A stretch of 64,000 nucleotides of DNA from Mustelus asterias. Taxonomy: Eukaryota. A program made the position numbers and the translations under genes. Positions 24,683-35,594 of this stretch are shown here, piece after piece. Numbering within the stretch: the stretch's first letter is position 1; each line of letters starts with the position of its first letter. The notes under the pieces were generated by a model. That model saw nothing but the letters and a program-made list of their open reading frames with translations. It was not told where the DNA came from and did not search any database. The stretch lies in NCBI RefSeq assembly GCF_964213995.1, contig NC_135804.1, positions 59,210,001 to 59,274,000 of the forward strand. Reading direction: 5' to 3'.

Positions 24683-27600
24683 GATGAACTGGTAATGATT
24701 CATCTACATGACTCAGTACTGCAGTTCCAGTTGTGACGATACTGTGCCTTTAAAAAATATATTTGTGTTTTACTTCTTGTGCAAGATTTGGTTTAGCATC
24801 TACTTATCGGTGCTGTTTTGTCTGTAACCAGCAGCCCCTGTTGTTACTGCAGCAGCATAATTGATGTTAGTTGCTAAAGTGTTTGTTTTACTTTGGACTA
24901 AAGCAGTTCTGTTATTGCTGTTAGTTCTCGGGCTTTTCAGAGTAGGGCTTGATGAGGTTGATTGACAGGAAAAACCATGTGATTGGGAGGCACAACTCTT
25001 ACAGAGCGAAATAAGCTCATTTGCTGCTTGGGATTTTTAGAGCGAGGTAGTTCTATGGCAATTGACCATAATCAGTTCTTCACACTTTACGGCAAAATAT
25101 TCAACCGAGAAGGTGGTCTAGAGAACATACTGAAAGCACTTGTTCATATTTTCATCAGTGTGTATTGCTAGATGATTGTGAAAGGAAGTTCCTTCAACGT
25201 TCATTTACAAAAGTGGCAGCCCCAGCAGATTTTTATGAGTTTAGATCACACTTGTCCAACGTGCGACAGGCGTACGCGGCACTCGAAACCCCTCTATACT
25301 CCCCAGGAGCGGGTTTTCAAACAACCCGTCAAACAGGTAGGTTTGAATGGAAGCTGGGAAGAATCTATGTGGAATTCTCCTCCGTTGCTTTTTCATGTTT
25401 GCTGCCCATCAGCAAATATGGGAGAGAAACAATGTGCGAGTGGGGTGGCAGCAAACTCCAGCGGCGGGGAGTTCGGGGGCAGGGGAACAAGGGCAGGGGA
25501 GCTGAGATTTGGGGAACCAAGGGGTGGAAACGAGAGACTAGAAATGGGGCCCAGAGAGTGAATGTCCAGAGATGCAAGGAGCACAACGCGGCAGCCGATG
25601 ACCACGGACCCAAAGAGCAGGGCCGGGAAGCCGAGGACTGCTCAGAAAGGACATGGGGCCCGGGGAGTGAAGGGCCAGGGAGCCAACGAAAAGGACCGGG
25701 GAGCCGAGCATCCGGGAGCCAAGGACCACGAGCAAGGCACAGGAAGCGGAAGTGCCAGGGCGCGGGACCCAGGGGTCAACGGTAGCAGGAAGAGCCGGAT
25801 AGCACAGCTGCCAGGGAGCAGCTCTCGGAAGTCCGTTGAGGAGCCTAAGTACAACGCCGCAGGCATAAGGCGTCAGGAGCGGGGCCCGCTGATGCCTCAG
25901 TAAGTGAGTGACAGGAGATTTTGTGTGTGAGAGAGAGAGAAAGTTTGCGAGGGAGCAGTGGGGGGGGGGGGGGGGGGGGGCATTGGGGGGGAGAGATTGC
26001 GTGTGCACAGCGGTGCAGGGTAGAGAGTCTGAAGGATAGAGAGTGTGAGGGCAGCTTGGGGATTTTGAGAGGGAAGTGTTGGAGAGTATCTTAGAGGGAA
26101 GTGGGGTGTGTGAGAGCGGATACGCGATTACGAGAGGCAGGTGAGGGTGTACGGGGAGGACTGTGTGAGCATGATGTGTGTGTGTCGGGGGGGGGGCGGT
26201 AGGGGTTGAGAGAATGGAAGATGGTGGAAGTGAGTTTGTGTCAGCTGGTTTGAGAGTGTTGTCGGTGGTGAGGGATAATGTTGGGAGGTGAGAAAGTGTT
26301 CTTTGCGGGGAGAGCAAGTCGGCGGGGAAGGCGGAGGGAGGGGTGGGCTGGGGTGGAGGTGGGAGTGGATGAGGGGTTGGAATGTGTTCATAAATCTGGG
26401 TCCCTCCCAATATAAGGGCTCGCACATGCCCTCAGCCACAAATGCTACTGTGTATTTACATCCACTCTCACAGTGGATGATGATGAGTAAGTGAACACCC
26501 GGAGCCTTCGACTGGGCCAGAAACACACTCTCATCCTATTGTACTCTCATATTCATCTTTATTAATTAATCAAGAAAATTGTTTCTTCCTCTACCTCAGT
26601 ATTATTAAAATGCACATTGAACGTTGTGCCAAAGATTTCCGAAATTTGCACATTGGCCTATCGAATGAGAAAACGTGTCCCTCACCACACGCGGGAAGGT
26701 GTGACATGCGTGGTACAAATGAATCAATATGCAAGTCTGCAGATACCTGACAATCTGTATTTCAAACTATACATTTCATGTCTACTTGATGAAAATACAT
26801 AAAGTCCTAAAACACAGATAGGGCAGGATTGTCTGCTGCTTTAATCATTTTTGAATTGCCTTTTCCAATGGGCTGTCATGTTGATTGACAAGCGTTTGAC
26901 TTTGAATTCACTGGGTGGCTACAAACGGGTCCGTGCGCTTTTCTGCGTTAAGTTTTCGCTCTACGTCGTACATTCTTTCAGACTGATTTCATTTACAAAG
27001 ATGAGTATAAACAGGGAGTCGTACCGCTGATACCATCCTTATGCACCTATAATGGAAACAGCGCACACTCCGCTTGGAGGCGGACGCACAGTGTCGCTGA
27101 CCTCACCGTTGTGCGCCAGCTGATTCCTCGCCATCCAATCACTCTGGCTACACACCAGGCCCGTTGTCGATTCGCTCGTTGCCCAACTCACCGTCCTCGC
27201 TTGCTGCTTCTCTCATCTCCCCACTCATCACCCTCCTTGCAGTTTCGCTCAGCATCGCCTTGCCGCTTCGCTCGCCGGCACCTCCCCGCTTGGCACGTCA
27301 CCCATTTTACTTCCCACTCGCTGCTTCTCTCACAGCTTGGAATCAGTGAGGGAGTAGAGCGATGAATAGGGGGTCGGGAGCAACCAATTTAACCAATATA
27401 AATGTGCTGAAGTTTTTGTATGGATGAATAAGAAAAAAAGTCCTAATTCAACAAATGAAAACTCAGTGAATGTAGGTGGGCTAAACTGATTAAAGCGAAA
27501 CACTTACGCATTCTCACCTGCAACGATAGCGGGGGAGGCAACACCACACAGACCAGAAATAGAATCTCTTTTGAATATGAACATGAAGTGATGCTATAAT

Positions 27601-28947
27601 TACACCGAAACTGCAGTGGAAACTTAATGCTTCTGTACAAGACTTGGTAGGCTTGGTAGGCATTTTGTGATCTACAAAATTAAATTGAATGTGTTGGTGC
27701 CTTGAGTAGAGTAGCTCAACCACATCCGTTACTTAATTTGGAAAAGTAATTCGCCCTTGTTAGTAGTTAGCAACACACTAGTGCCGCTAAAACTCAGTGT
27801 TAAAATCACAATGCTAAATCTGTCTTTTTTCCAGAATGATCAGATGGCCAAAATATTCACCTTTCAATTCTTGTGCCACTGCACTCCTGTTTCGATTGAT
27901 TAATTTTCAAAATAAGCTACAAGACTCAGTCTCAAATTTGAAGCAACAAATGGTAATTAGACGCGAAAATCCGATTGAACTGATCTGAAACATAGGCATG
28001 TAAATTGTTGTGCATTTGCTAGCATTTTGCAAATCTTTATCATTCGAAGTAGAATGGTTGAAAACTGGACTAACTTAGCCAAGCATGCCGTGATTCAGCA
28101 AAGGCAGATGATGTTTTATCTCCTGGTCGGATTATTTGAAGAAAGAAGGGTGAGGATAGATAAAGGTATTGTTGTAGATATGGATGTATGGAGTTTACTT
28201 TAAAAAGTCGCACCATAGGATAATAACTCTTCGAAACAAATCGTTGGGATCTTTGAAACGGAATTGGATATGTACTTGAAAAGGCGAAAGTGACAGTGGT
28301 TTGGGGAAAAGCTCCAATTTGAGATTAATTGCTAAACTCTTTCAAAATATCAACTATATGGACCAGATGCCTTTCTTTCGTTTTGTAAGTTTGTATGAGT
28401 TTACACGGCCACATGGATAGATGCGGGTTTGAGTGACAAGTACAACTGGAAGCTACTTTGTACTTTGATAGACGGATTTATAAAATTGAGCTCCGCCCGT
28501 TTCACATCAGGAGCGTACCGAGACTAGAAGTCATAATGCAGCAACGCCAGACATAAAACAAAATCTAGGTTTCACACTATCAATCGCCAAAATAGGTACG
28601 AATTCATGTTTTGTAGGAGATCGTGCCCACGTTTTTCCAGCATTCATAGATGTTGTTAATTGGGTATAGCAACGTGATTAGCGTTATCATTGCAATGGAA
28701 AGAGTTGAGACGTCTCATCAATTAAATAAAACGTCCCATCCATTAAATAGAACAGATATAACCATAAGGGATGGTAGAATGGCTACCTTTTTCTGCAAGG
28801 TAGTTAATATTGATCAGCAAATCGAACTGTAATTAAGAGCGGAAGCCAACATTCTCAGAACTATTATTGGAATTATCTTAAATCTCTGAAGATGATATCA
28901 TACCGTATATACGCGTCTGGAAAGATATAGCAGAGGAATCTTAATTG

Positions 28948-29118
28948 CTACTTGATTCTTGCTCCTGTATAGAGTTTCTCGATTACTTCACTTTTTTCTC
29001 TCTGCAGCTGGGCATAGTCTGTGCTCATTTCATTTTGCTGCATTTCCCCTTTTTTCTCTGCGCAAGCAAATGCAAGAGTCGCCTTTGTCTGCTCGTGTCC
29101 TTCTGTCGTGCGTTGTGT
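28948..29118 (-). CDS. Gene B: terminal exon (first ITIM Tyr replaced by Lys; TDYAQL retained)
   Basis: gttatattacag| phase-0 acceptor. Translates TQRTTEGHEQTKATLAFACAEKKGEMQQNEMSTDYAQLQREKSEVIEKLYTGARIK*. Confidence 0.8.
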   Translation of the reverse strand, partial: TQRTTEGHEQTKATLAFACAEKKGEMQQNEMSTDYAQLQREKSEVIEKLYTGARIK

Positions 29119-29868
29119 CTGTAATATAACCATTTAGAACTAATGTTAACTTAGCAATTTTGCAGGTCCGAAGTGCGCCTGTACAGACTATTATCGGAAG
29201 GTCGCAAAATGGCTTTGAAAACAACACACATCCAAAGTCACCAGAAATATATGCCCTTCGTTCTCTCATGATCGTCAATGTTAAATTCGTGATCTATAGT
29301 TTTTCTTATCTATTACTCATTCATACCTGAGTGTAGTCGGTTTTCTTGTCTGTATGGTTATGCCTTGAAACGTTACTGGTTCTGCTCCAATCTAGTGCAG
29401 CATAATGCACGACCTCCTCTTTTGCTGTCTGCATAGGCCAGAAAAAAATGTTTTATTATGTGGCCAGTTTATTTTCTTCTGCCGGTTCCACACACTCACT
29501 ATAGAAAAGGCAGATTGACCTGAGCTGCAAAACAATTAGACAAAGATCATTCGTTTTGATCTGCGTAAAGCGAATATTAACACCCTGGTCACTATATCCT
29601 CGAAGAATGCTATTTAAATGGAGAAAGGTTGCAAACCTTTGTGGTTCAGACGGTCTGAGTGTCCTGCACATGACGCACAAAAAGCTGGTATGCAGGTACC
29701 GTAAATGATTAGGAATGAAAATTGAATATTGGTGGTTATAGTGAGGCGATGTAATATTAAAGTAGGGAAATTTTACTGCAGCTGTACGCGGTCTGGGTGA
29801 ACCCACATCCGGAATGTTGTGTATAACTTTGGTCTCATATTTGAAATATATATACATAATTGTGTTAG

Positions 29869-30670
29869 GAACATAGAACATAGAACAGTACATAGAGCAT
29901 AGAACAGTACAGCACAGAACAGGCCCTTCGGCCCACGATGTTGTGCCGAGCTTTATCTGAAACCAAGATCAAGCTATCCCACTCCCTATCATCCTGGTGT
30001 GCTCCATGTGCCTATCCAATAACCGCTTAAATGTTTCTAAAGTGTCTGACTCCACTATCACTGCAGGCAGTCCATTCCACACCCCAACCACTCTCTGCGT
30101 AAAGAACCTACCTCTGATATCCGTCCTGTATCTCCCACCACGAACCCTATAGTTATGCCCCCTTGTAATAGCTCCATCCACCCGAGGAAATAGTCTTTGA
30201 ACGTTCACTCTATCTATCCCCTTCATCATTTTATACACCTCTATCAAGTCTCCCCTCAGCCTCCTCCGCTCCAGAGAGAATAGCCCTAGCTCCCTCAACC
30301 TTTCCTCATATGACCTACCCTCCAAACCAGGCAGCATCCTGGTAAATCTCCTCTGCACTCCTTCCAGCGCTTCCACATCCTTCCTATAGTGAGGTGACCA
30401 GAACTGCACACAATATTCCAAATGTGGTCTCACCAAGGTCCTGTACAGTTGCAGCATAACCCCACGGCTCTTAAACTCCAACCCCCTGTTAATAAAAGCT
30501 AACACACTACAGGCCTTCTTCACAGCTCTATCCACTTGAGTGGCAACCTTTAGAGATCTGTGGATATGGACCCCAAGATCTCTCTGTTCCTCCACAGTCT
30601 TCAGAACCCTACCTTTGACCCTGTAATCCACATTTAAATTTGTCCTACCAAAATGAATCACCTCACATTT
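29869..30670 (-). mobile_element. CR1-clade LINE 3' end (second subfamily) in the last intron of gene B
   Basis: ORF 29969-30661 with LVRPHLEYCVQFWSP, and an acatagaac-repeat tail. Confidence 0.93.
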
Positions 30671-30977
30671 ATTATCGCCTAAACCTTACCTGAACAGTTC
30701 AGGTAAGGTTTAGGCGACTCATTCCTGGGACGAGGGACGTATCTTATGAAGAAATATGCTGAGGGAATTGACAGGGCAGATACTCCAATCTGTGGAGAGT
30801 CCAGTACTCGGCGACACAGTTTAACAAGGATAAGTCTCACTTTTAAGATGGGATGAGGGGAATATTTTTCTTTCAGAGTCGTTAATATAGACAATGCCCT
30901 TCCCCAGAGTGCATGCTGGGTCATGGAATTAATTCAAGTTGACATATTTTTGATAGACAAGTGAATCAAAGATTACC

Positions 30978-31314
30978 ATAGAATCATATAATCATTGTAT
31001 CCCTACAGTACCGGAGGAGGCCATTCGGCCCATCGGGTCTGTGCCGACCACAATCCCACACAGGCTCTATTCCCGTAACCCCACACATTTACCTTGCTAA
31101 TTACCCCTGACACTCGGGTCAATTGAGCGTGGCCAATCAGCCGAACCCGCACATCTTTGGACTGTGGGAGGAAACCGGAGTACCCAGAGGAAACACACGC
31201 GGACACGGGGAGAACGTGCAAACTCCACTCAGACAGTGACCCGAGGCTTGAATTGAACCTGGGTCCCTGGCGCTGTAAGGCAACTGTGCTAACCACTGTG
31301 CCACCGTGCCGCCC
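30978..31314 (-). mobile_element. HE1-like SINE in the last intron of gene B
   Basis: Same head, core and tail as the other copies. Confidence 0.88.
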
Positions 31315-31824
31315 GCAGAGAGAAAAAAAGTATCGGGGTATGAACATACAGGGAAATGGAACTGAGAACAAAATCGGACCAACCATGACCTTGTTGAATG
31401 GCGGAAGATGTCGCAGGGCTGAATGACCTACTCCAGCTCCTGAGTCTAATGTTCCTATATTCCTACTATAATTAATAGTTAAAGTAGTCAACTTGCATTC
31501 CACAGAAATGTTAAAGCAATTATTCGTATTTTTTAATAATTTATGTTTCTTAAGTCCAATGAAGAAATGAAACCATCAGTTCCGAATTAGGCGCATTTTC
31601 AACGAAATACGCGGTTTTACTCTCTGTTAGATCACTTTTTAAAAAGTAGCAATGATGCGCCGAATGGAACATACATTGCTAAGCTGCACCTCAAGGCCAC
31701 ATTGTGATCGGACATATAGTTTTAGTAATTGGACGTAAACTGCTTTGACATGATTATAACCTATCTAATATATCAATGTTTCTTGACATTTCATCGGTAT
31801 GCCTCTATAAGTGGATAAGTATAC

Positions 31825-31868
31825 CGGTTCTTCACGGCGGATTCGATCAGTTACACACTCTTCTCTTC
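31825..31868 (-). CDS. Gene B: 44-nt cytoplasmic exon 1
   Basis: cttgctttacag| acceptor and CCG|gtatac donor. Translates GREECVTDRIRREEP, 44 nt, phase 1/0. Confidence 0.8.
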
Positions 31869-32495
31869 CTGTAAAGCAAGGAAATATGATGTTGAAATAA
31901 TGGAATATTTACACAGCTTCAGTGACGGCGAAGCCATTTTTAGAATCAGAACAAAGGCGAAAGTGCTCCTCGGTTCCTTGTTGTGCGAATAACGTTTGAA
32001 ATCTCAGCCACTGTCGCGATCAGAAGTTTTGGACACTATGGGAATCAGCAGTAAGGGGATGGGGCCGGAGTTTTCAGTTGTCGTGGAAGACCAGCTATGA
32101 TATATTTGTATGGGGAGTGGGCTCGAATGGCCGTGTGGCTGAATCCTGTTACTCGTGTGTAGAATAATTACTGTGTTCGGAATTTCAAATTCTTCTAGTC
32201 AAGGTTGTTGCGCCTCCACAGGAGGATGATTGAGCACATGATTATGTGTCAGGGGACGTGTCATTTATCGTTCAACAAAGGGAAAATTTCCGTTGCAACA
32301 CCGAGTAAATGATCTCAATGTCTATTCTGAGTCTGTGAGAATTTGTGCTTTATAAAATGCATTTGAAACATTCTCCCCTTCTGAAAACAGGAATGTCATT
32401 GTTTTCAAATTTAAGTCCCAATGGATTTCTCCCTGGCCGTGTTTCGGGGAGGCTGTCATACAGTCTGAGGTTTTGCTTCAAGATTAAGATCTTAC

Positions 32496-32609
32496 CTTCA
32501 TTATTTTGCAGTCGAAATCGCATCCGAATGACGACCATCAGCGCACAAAATCCAAGTCCAACCATAGCAAACCCAAGAACCCAGAGGTAAAGCGAGTTGA
32601 CGGTACTAA
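32496..32609 (-). CDS. Gene B: transmembrane exon
   Basis: aatcttgcag| acceptor and GAA G|gtaaga donor. Translates VSTVNSLYLWVLGFAMVGLGFCALMVVIRMRFRLQNNE. Confidence 0.87.
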
Positions 32610-33708
32610 CTGCAAGATTAATAAGAACATTGGTTATGACGGATGCTGGGTAAAATAGGCCCGAAGATAGTTTATTGTTTGAACTACAGGGGCAATATCA
32701 GGTGTTCGCTATCCAACAACAGCAATAAGAACGTTCAAAATGCAGCTCTTTGATGTAATATTTGAAATAACTTCCATAAATAGATTGAACATTTTGGATT
32801 AATCAGCGAAACGGTCTTTAAGGATCCCAGGACACTGTTTCGGGAGCATTGAAATGCGAAAGTGATCAAAGGTCAATGATCACTAACCGCGTTCTTGTTT
32901 TTGACCTTCCTTATTCAACATCATATCCATTGAGGAATTATGTGGCATTTTCACAAGCATGTCTTTAGTATCAGCGCAACATTCTGAATTGCAATAATGG
33001 GGTCAATACACAATGTCAACGATCTGTTCTATGTTTTAGTAAACTATGAAGGTCATTGAAACGTATAAGGCATGAACGGGCGAGTGCACTTTTTTCTGTC
33101 GGCGAAAGAATTGTTAACATTATTGTTTACCGAGCAGCCTTTACTGCAGCCAGGCTGCCTGCCTATCTTAAATGAGATTCATGAGAAAGAGGCGAATTCA
33201 TCCCGCTGTGGGTGGATGAAAGGCAGCAGTTGGCTATGGGTTTAATTTCAAAAATCTGCTATAGAAATGAAGTGGTGATGAGGATGATGTATGAATGGAT
33301 GGTGAGCGTTGGGGAGGAGGAGTTGGGATTGTGGAGTGAAGGAAAGGTTGAGTTGCTGGGGAGGTTAAGGTTGGAAACTACATTGGGTGAAGTTCGAGTA
33401 TAAGCAAACGTAAAAAAGACACAAACAAGCGCACAAAATCCTGGAATAGAAATTAAATTCTCCATATTATAATCATAATATGTCAAATGAAATAAATGTG
33501 AAATAAATACGGATGGACTGAGATCATTTGCTTGCCATGTGATGTAACTTGATTTTAAAATGCATGGTGTTCACATGAATTATTTAGTGCTTAAATTGAT
33601 GAATATAATGATTTCTTTAATATTTCCCATGACAGTGTTGTGTATTAACTTCATCAGTATTAACAGGCACAAAGAGTAGATTACATTACTTCACCTATTT
33701 AACAGTAC

Positions 33709-34047
33709 CTCTTTCCTCTTTTTGATCTGTCGACCTGGTAACTTCGTTACATTTAGAAACAGTATGCGTGACAACGACAGGAGTCTGGAGAGAGGCGTGA
33801 GATACCGAATAATTGGTGTCGCTTGGAACAGGTTCTACCACAGTCAAAGAGCTTGAGACTTTGTAGAGTCCCTCAGGATTTTGCATTTTATTGTTGCGTA
33901 TGCCTAATGCAATCTCTATTCCATTTTTATACCAAATTATGGTGAAGTTGTCCGGATAAAATGCAGCCGTTTTACACAAAAGAGTCAAAGACGCAGCGGG
34001 ATTCCGTCCACAAAATTTGGAGACAATCGTCAGTGGGGTTGGGGGCA
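33709..34047 (-). CDS. Gene B: Ig C1-set domain exon (second canonical Cys missing; 3' donor uncertain)
   Basis: ttctatttcgcag| acceptor. Motifs LTLLCK, FYPDN, IWYKNG and NYSVSHASL. The phase-1 donor I found before the in-frame stop is AGA G|gtactg, which is weak. Confidence 0.8.
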
Positions 34048-34910
34048 CTGCGAAATAGAAAATCAACCATTTAGGGTCACCCGGCAACAATGGGAGATAT
34101 TAGGCTTTACGCTTTTTTCACTTGATGTTAGTAGCACAATTGGAAAGTGCAATCTCCCGTTTCTTTCAATATTTCGCAGATCATCAGCACATATCTCAGC
34201 AGGTATCTTATAGACCCAGGGATCAATTAATTTTTACGGGAGTTAGCAAGGCTAAGACTCTGACTTGCTCAGCAGACAATTTGCAACGTTTTGGTATTCA
34301 ATATTTCACATTTATAATTTGAAAAAATACTTGAGGGCATTTGGCGTACTGCCTTCCTCCATATTTATAACAGAGACAGAGACAAATAATCTCCTCTTAT
34401 AACTAAGGACTTTGTCAATCTGGAACTGCTTTCATAACCCAAAGCAAGACAACTGGTGAATTACATTATGTTCAGGTAAACCACCGGGGTTTCAGAAACA
34501 CAATTCCTCTGTAAGTTTTGTTATTGGAGTTTTGTGAGGCGAAATGGCCTGCGTTTCAAAAATAGGCCAAGGGACTTTATGTGTTGGGAGAGACTCATTA
34601 AATAAATAATTTCAATCAGTCTGATGCTTCGAATTCATTCCGAAAATTCACTATCAAGCATCAGATGTATGAATGCCTTTGGAGCCGAAGTTTACCTGCA
34701 TAGTATTCATACGTGTTGCAATAGTCTGCCTGTGACATTGAATGTCTAAGTAGCACTTCTGTTCAAAGAACACGGATAAAACAACTAGTCGTGAAATGTA
34801 GTAATAGTCATGTTATTAAGGGCAAGTACGTGTAATAGGAAATTATGAAATTGCTCAGTTCATGTTCTATATATTTACGATTATTCCACTCTCCTGTTTT
34901 TCACACTTAC

Positions 34911-35231
34911 CATGAACAATTAGCTGTGATCCAGTTCCATTTCCCTGTACAACTCCTTGACACATCACCGTGCAGTGATAAACTCCAGAGTCCTGGAAAT
35001 TTGCGTCCAGCAACTGGAAGGTACTGAGCCAATTGTTCTTCAGGCTAAATCGTTTTCTGCCATTGGCGCCTTCTCGAAGGTATTCAGTCTCCCCATGTTT
35101 CCACCAATGCACTGTGATTCTAGATTCGTCTGGGCATCTGGGGAACTTGCAGGCGAAGGTGATGTTTCCTCCTGTGGATACAATCTGTTCTTTGGGCATT
35201 TGAGTCACTTTGAACGAAATTTGGTCCGCAT
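34911..35231 (-). CDS. Gene B: germline-joined VJ-type Ig V domain exon
   Basis: ttttctgacag| acceptor and CAT G|gtaagt donor. Motifs VTQMP, FACKF, VHWWK, FQDSGVYHC and GNGTGSQLIVH. Roughly 40% identical to the gene A V domain by eye. Confidence 0.92.
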
Positions 35232-35403
35232 CTGTCAGAAAATATAATCAATTCCAAGCGAGCTGTATTAGACACCACACGTGAAAGTGAAAGATAAAAG
35301 AAATAATCTCCAATACGAAATTACGAGTTAGTAAATAATTGTGGATGTTGCTTCGGAAGCATTTTATAAACTAAAGTACTTGGAATAACGGATCAGAATG
35401 TAC

Positions 35404-35458
35404 CTGTATAAATGTTCCCTTGCAGACTCAGGCAGAGAAGAACCAGGCACGCAGACAT
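35404..35458 (-). CDS. Gene B: leader exon
   Basis: Translates MSACLVLLCLSLQGNIYT, then G|gtacat. 55 nt, phase 1, with a hydrophobic signal core. Confidence 0.85.
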
Positions 35459-35510
35459 TCTGAGCAATTGATTCAATTGATCACCCTCTACCATTGCTGA
35501 ACGTTTGCTG

Positions 35511-35562
35511 CTTTTAATAATAGTTCGCGGTCAGATACTTCGCAATGACGTCTGTGTTCCTG
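35511..35562 (-). promoter_or_regulatory. Candidate proximal promoter of gene B (TATA-like element plus overlapping CRE and C/EBP-like sites)
   Basis: Minus strand reads acaggaacacagacgtcattgcgaag ... ttattaaaag, about 55-100 bp upstream of the ATG. Motif match only. Confidence 0.35.
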
Positions 35563-35594
35563 TAACTGCGGGTTTAGAATGTAAGCTTCTTTAA

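Noticed and set aside
25165-26526. Long ORFs (206 aa +, 295 aa -)
   Set aside because: Low-complexity products of GC-rich and poly-G sequence, overlapping in several frames, with no domain motifs or splice context.
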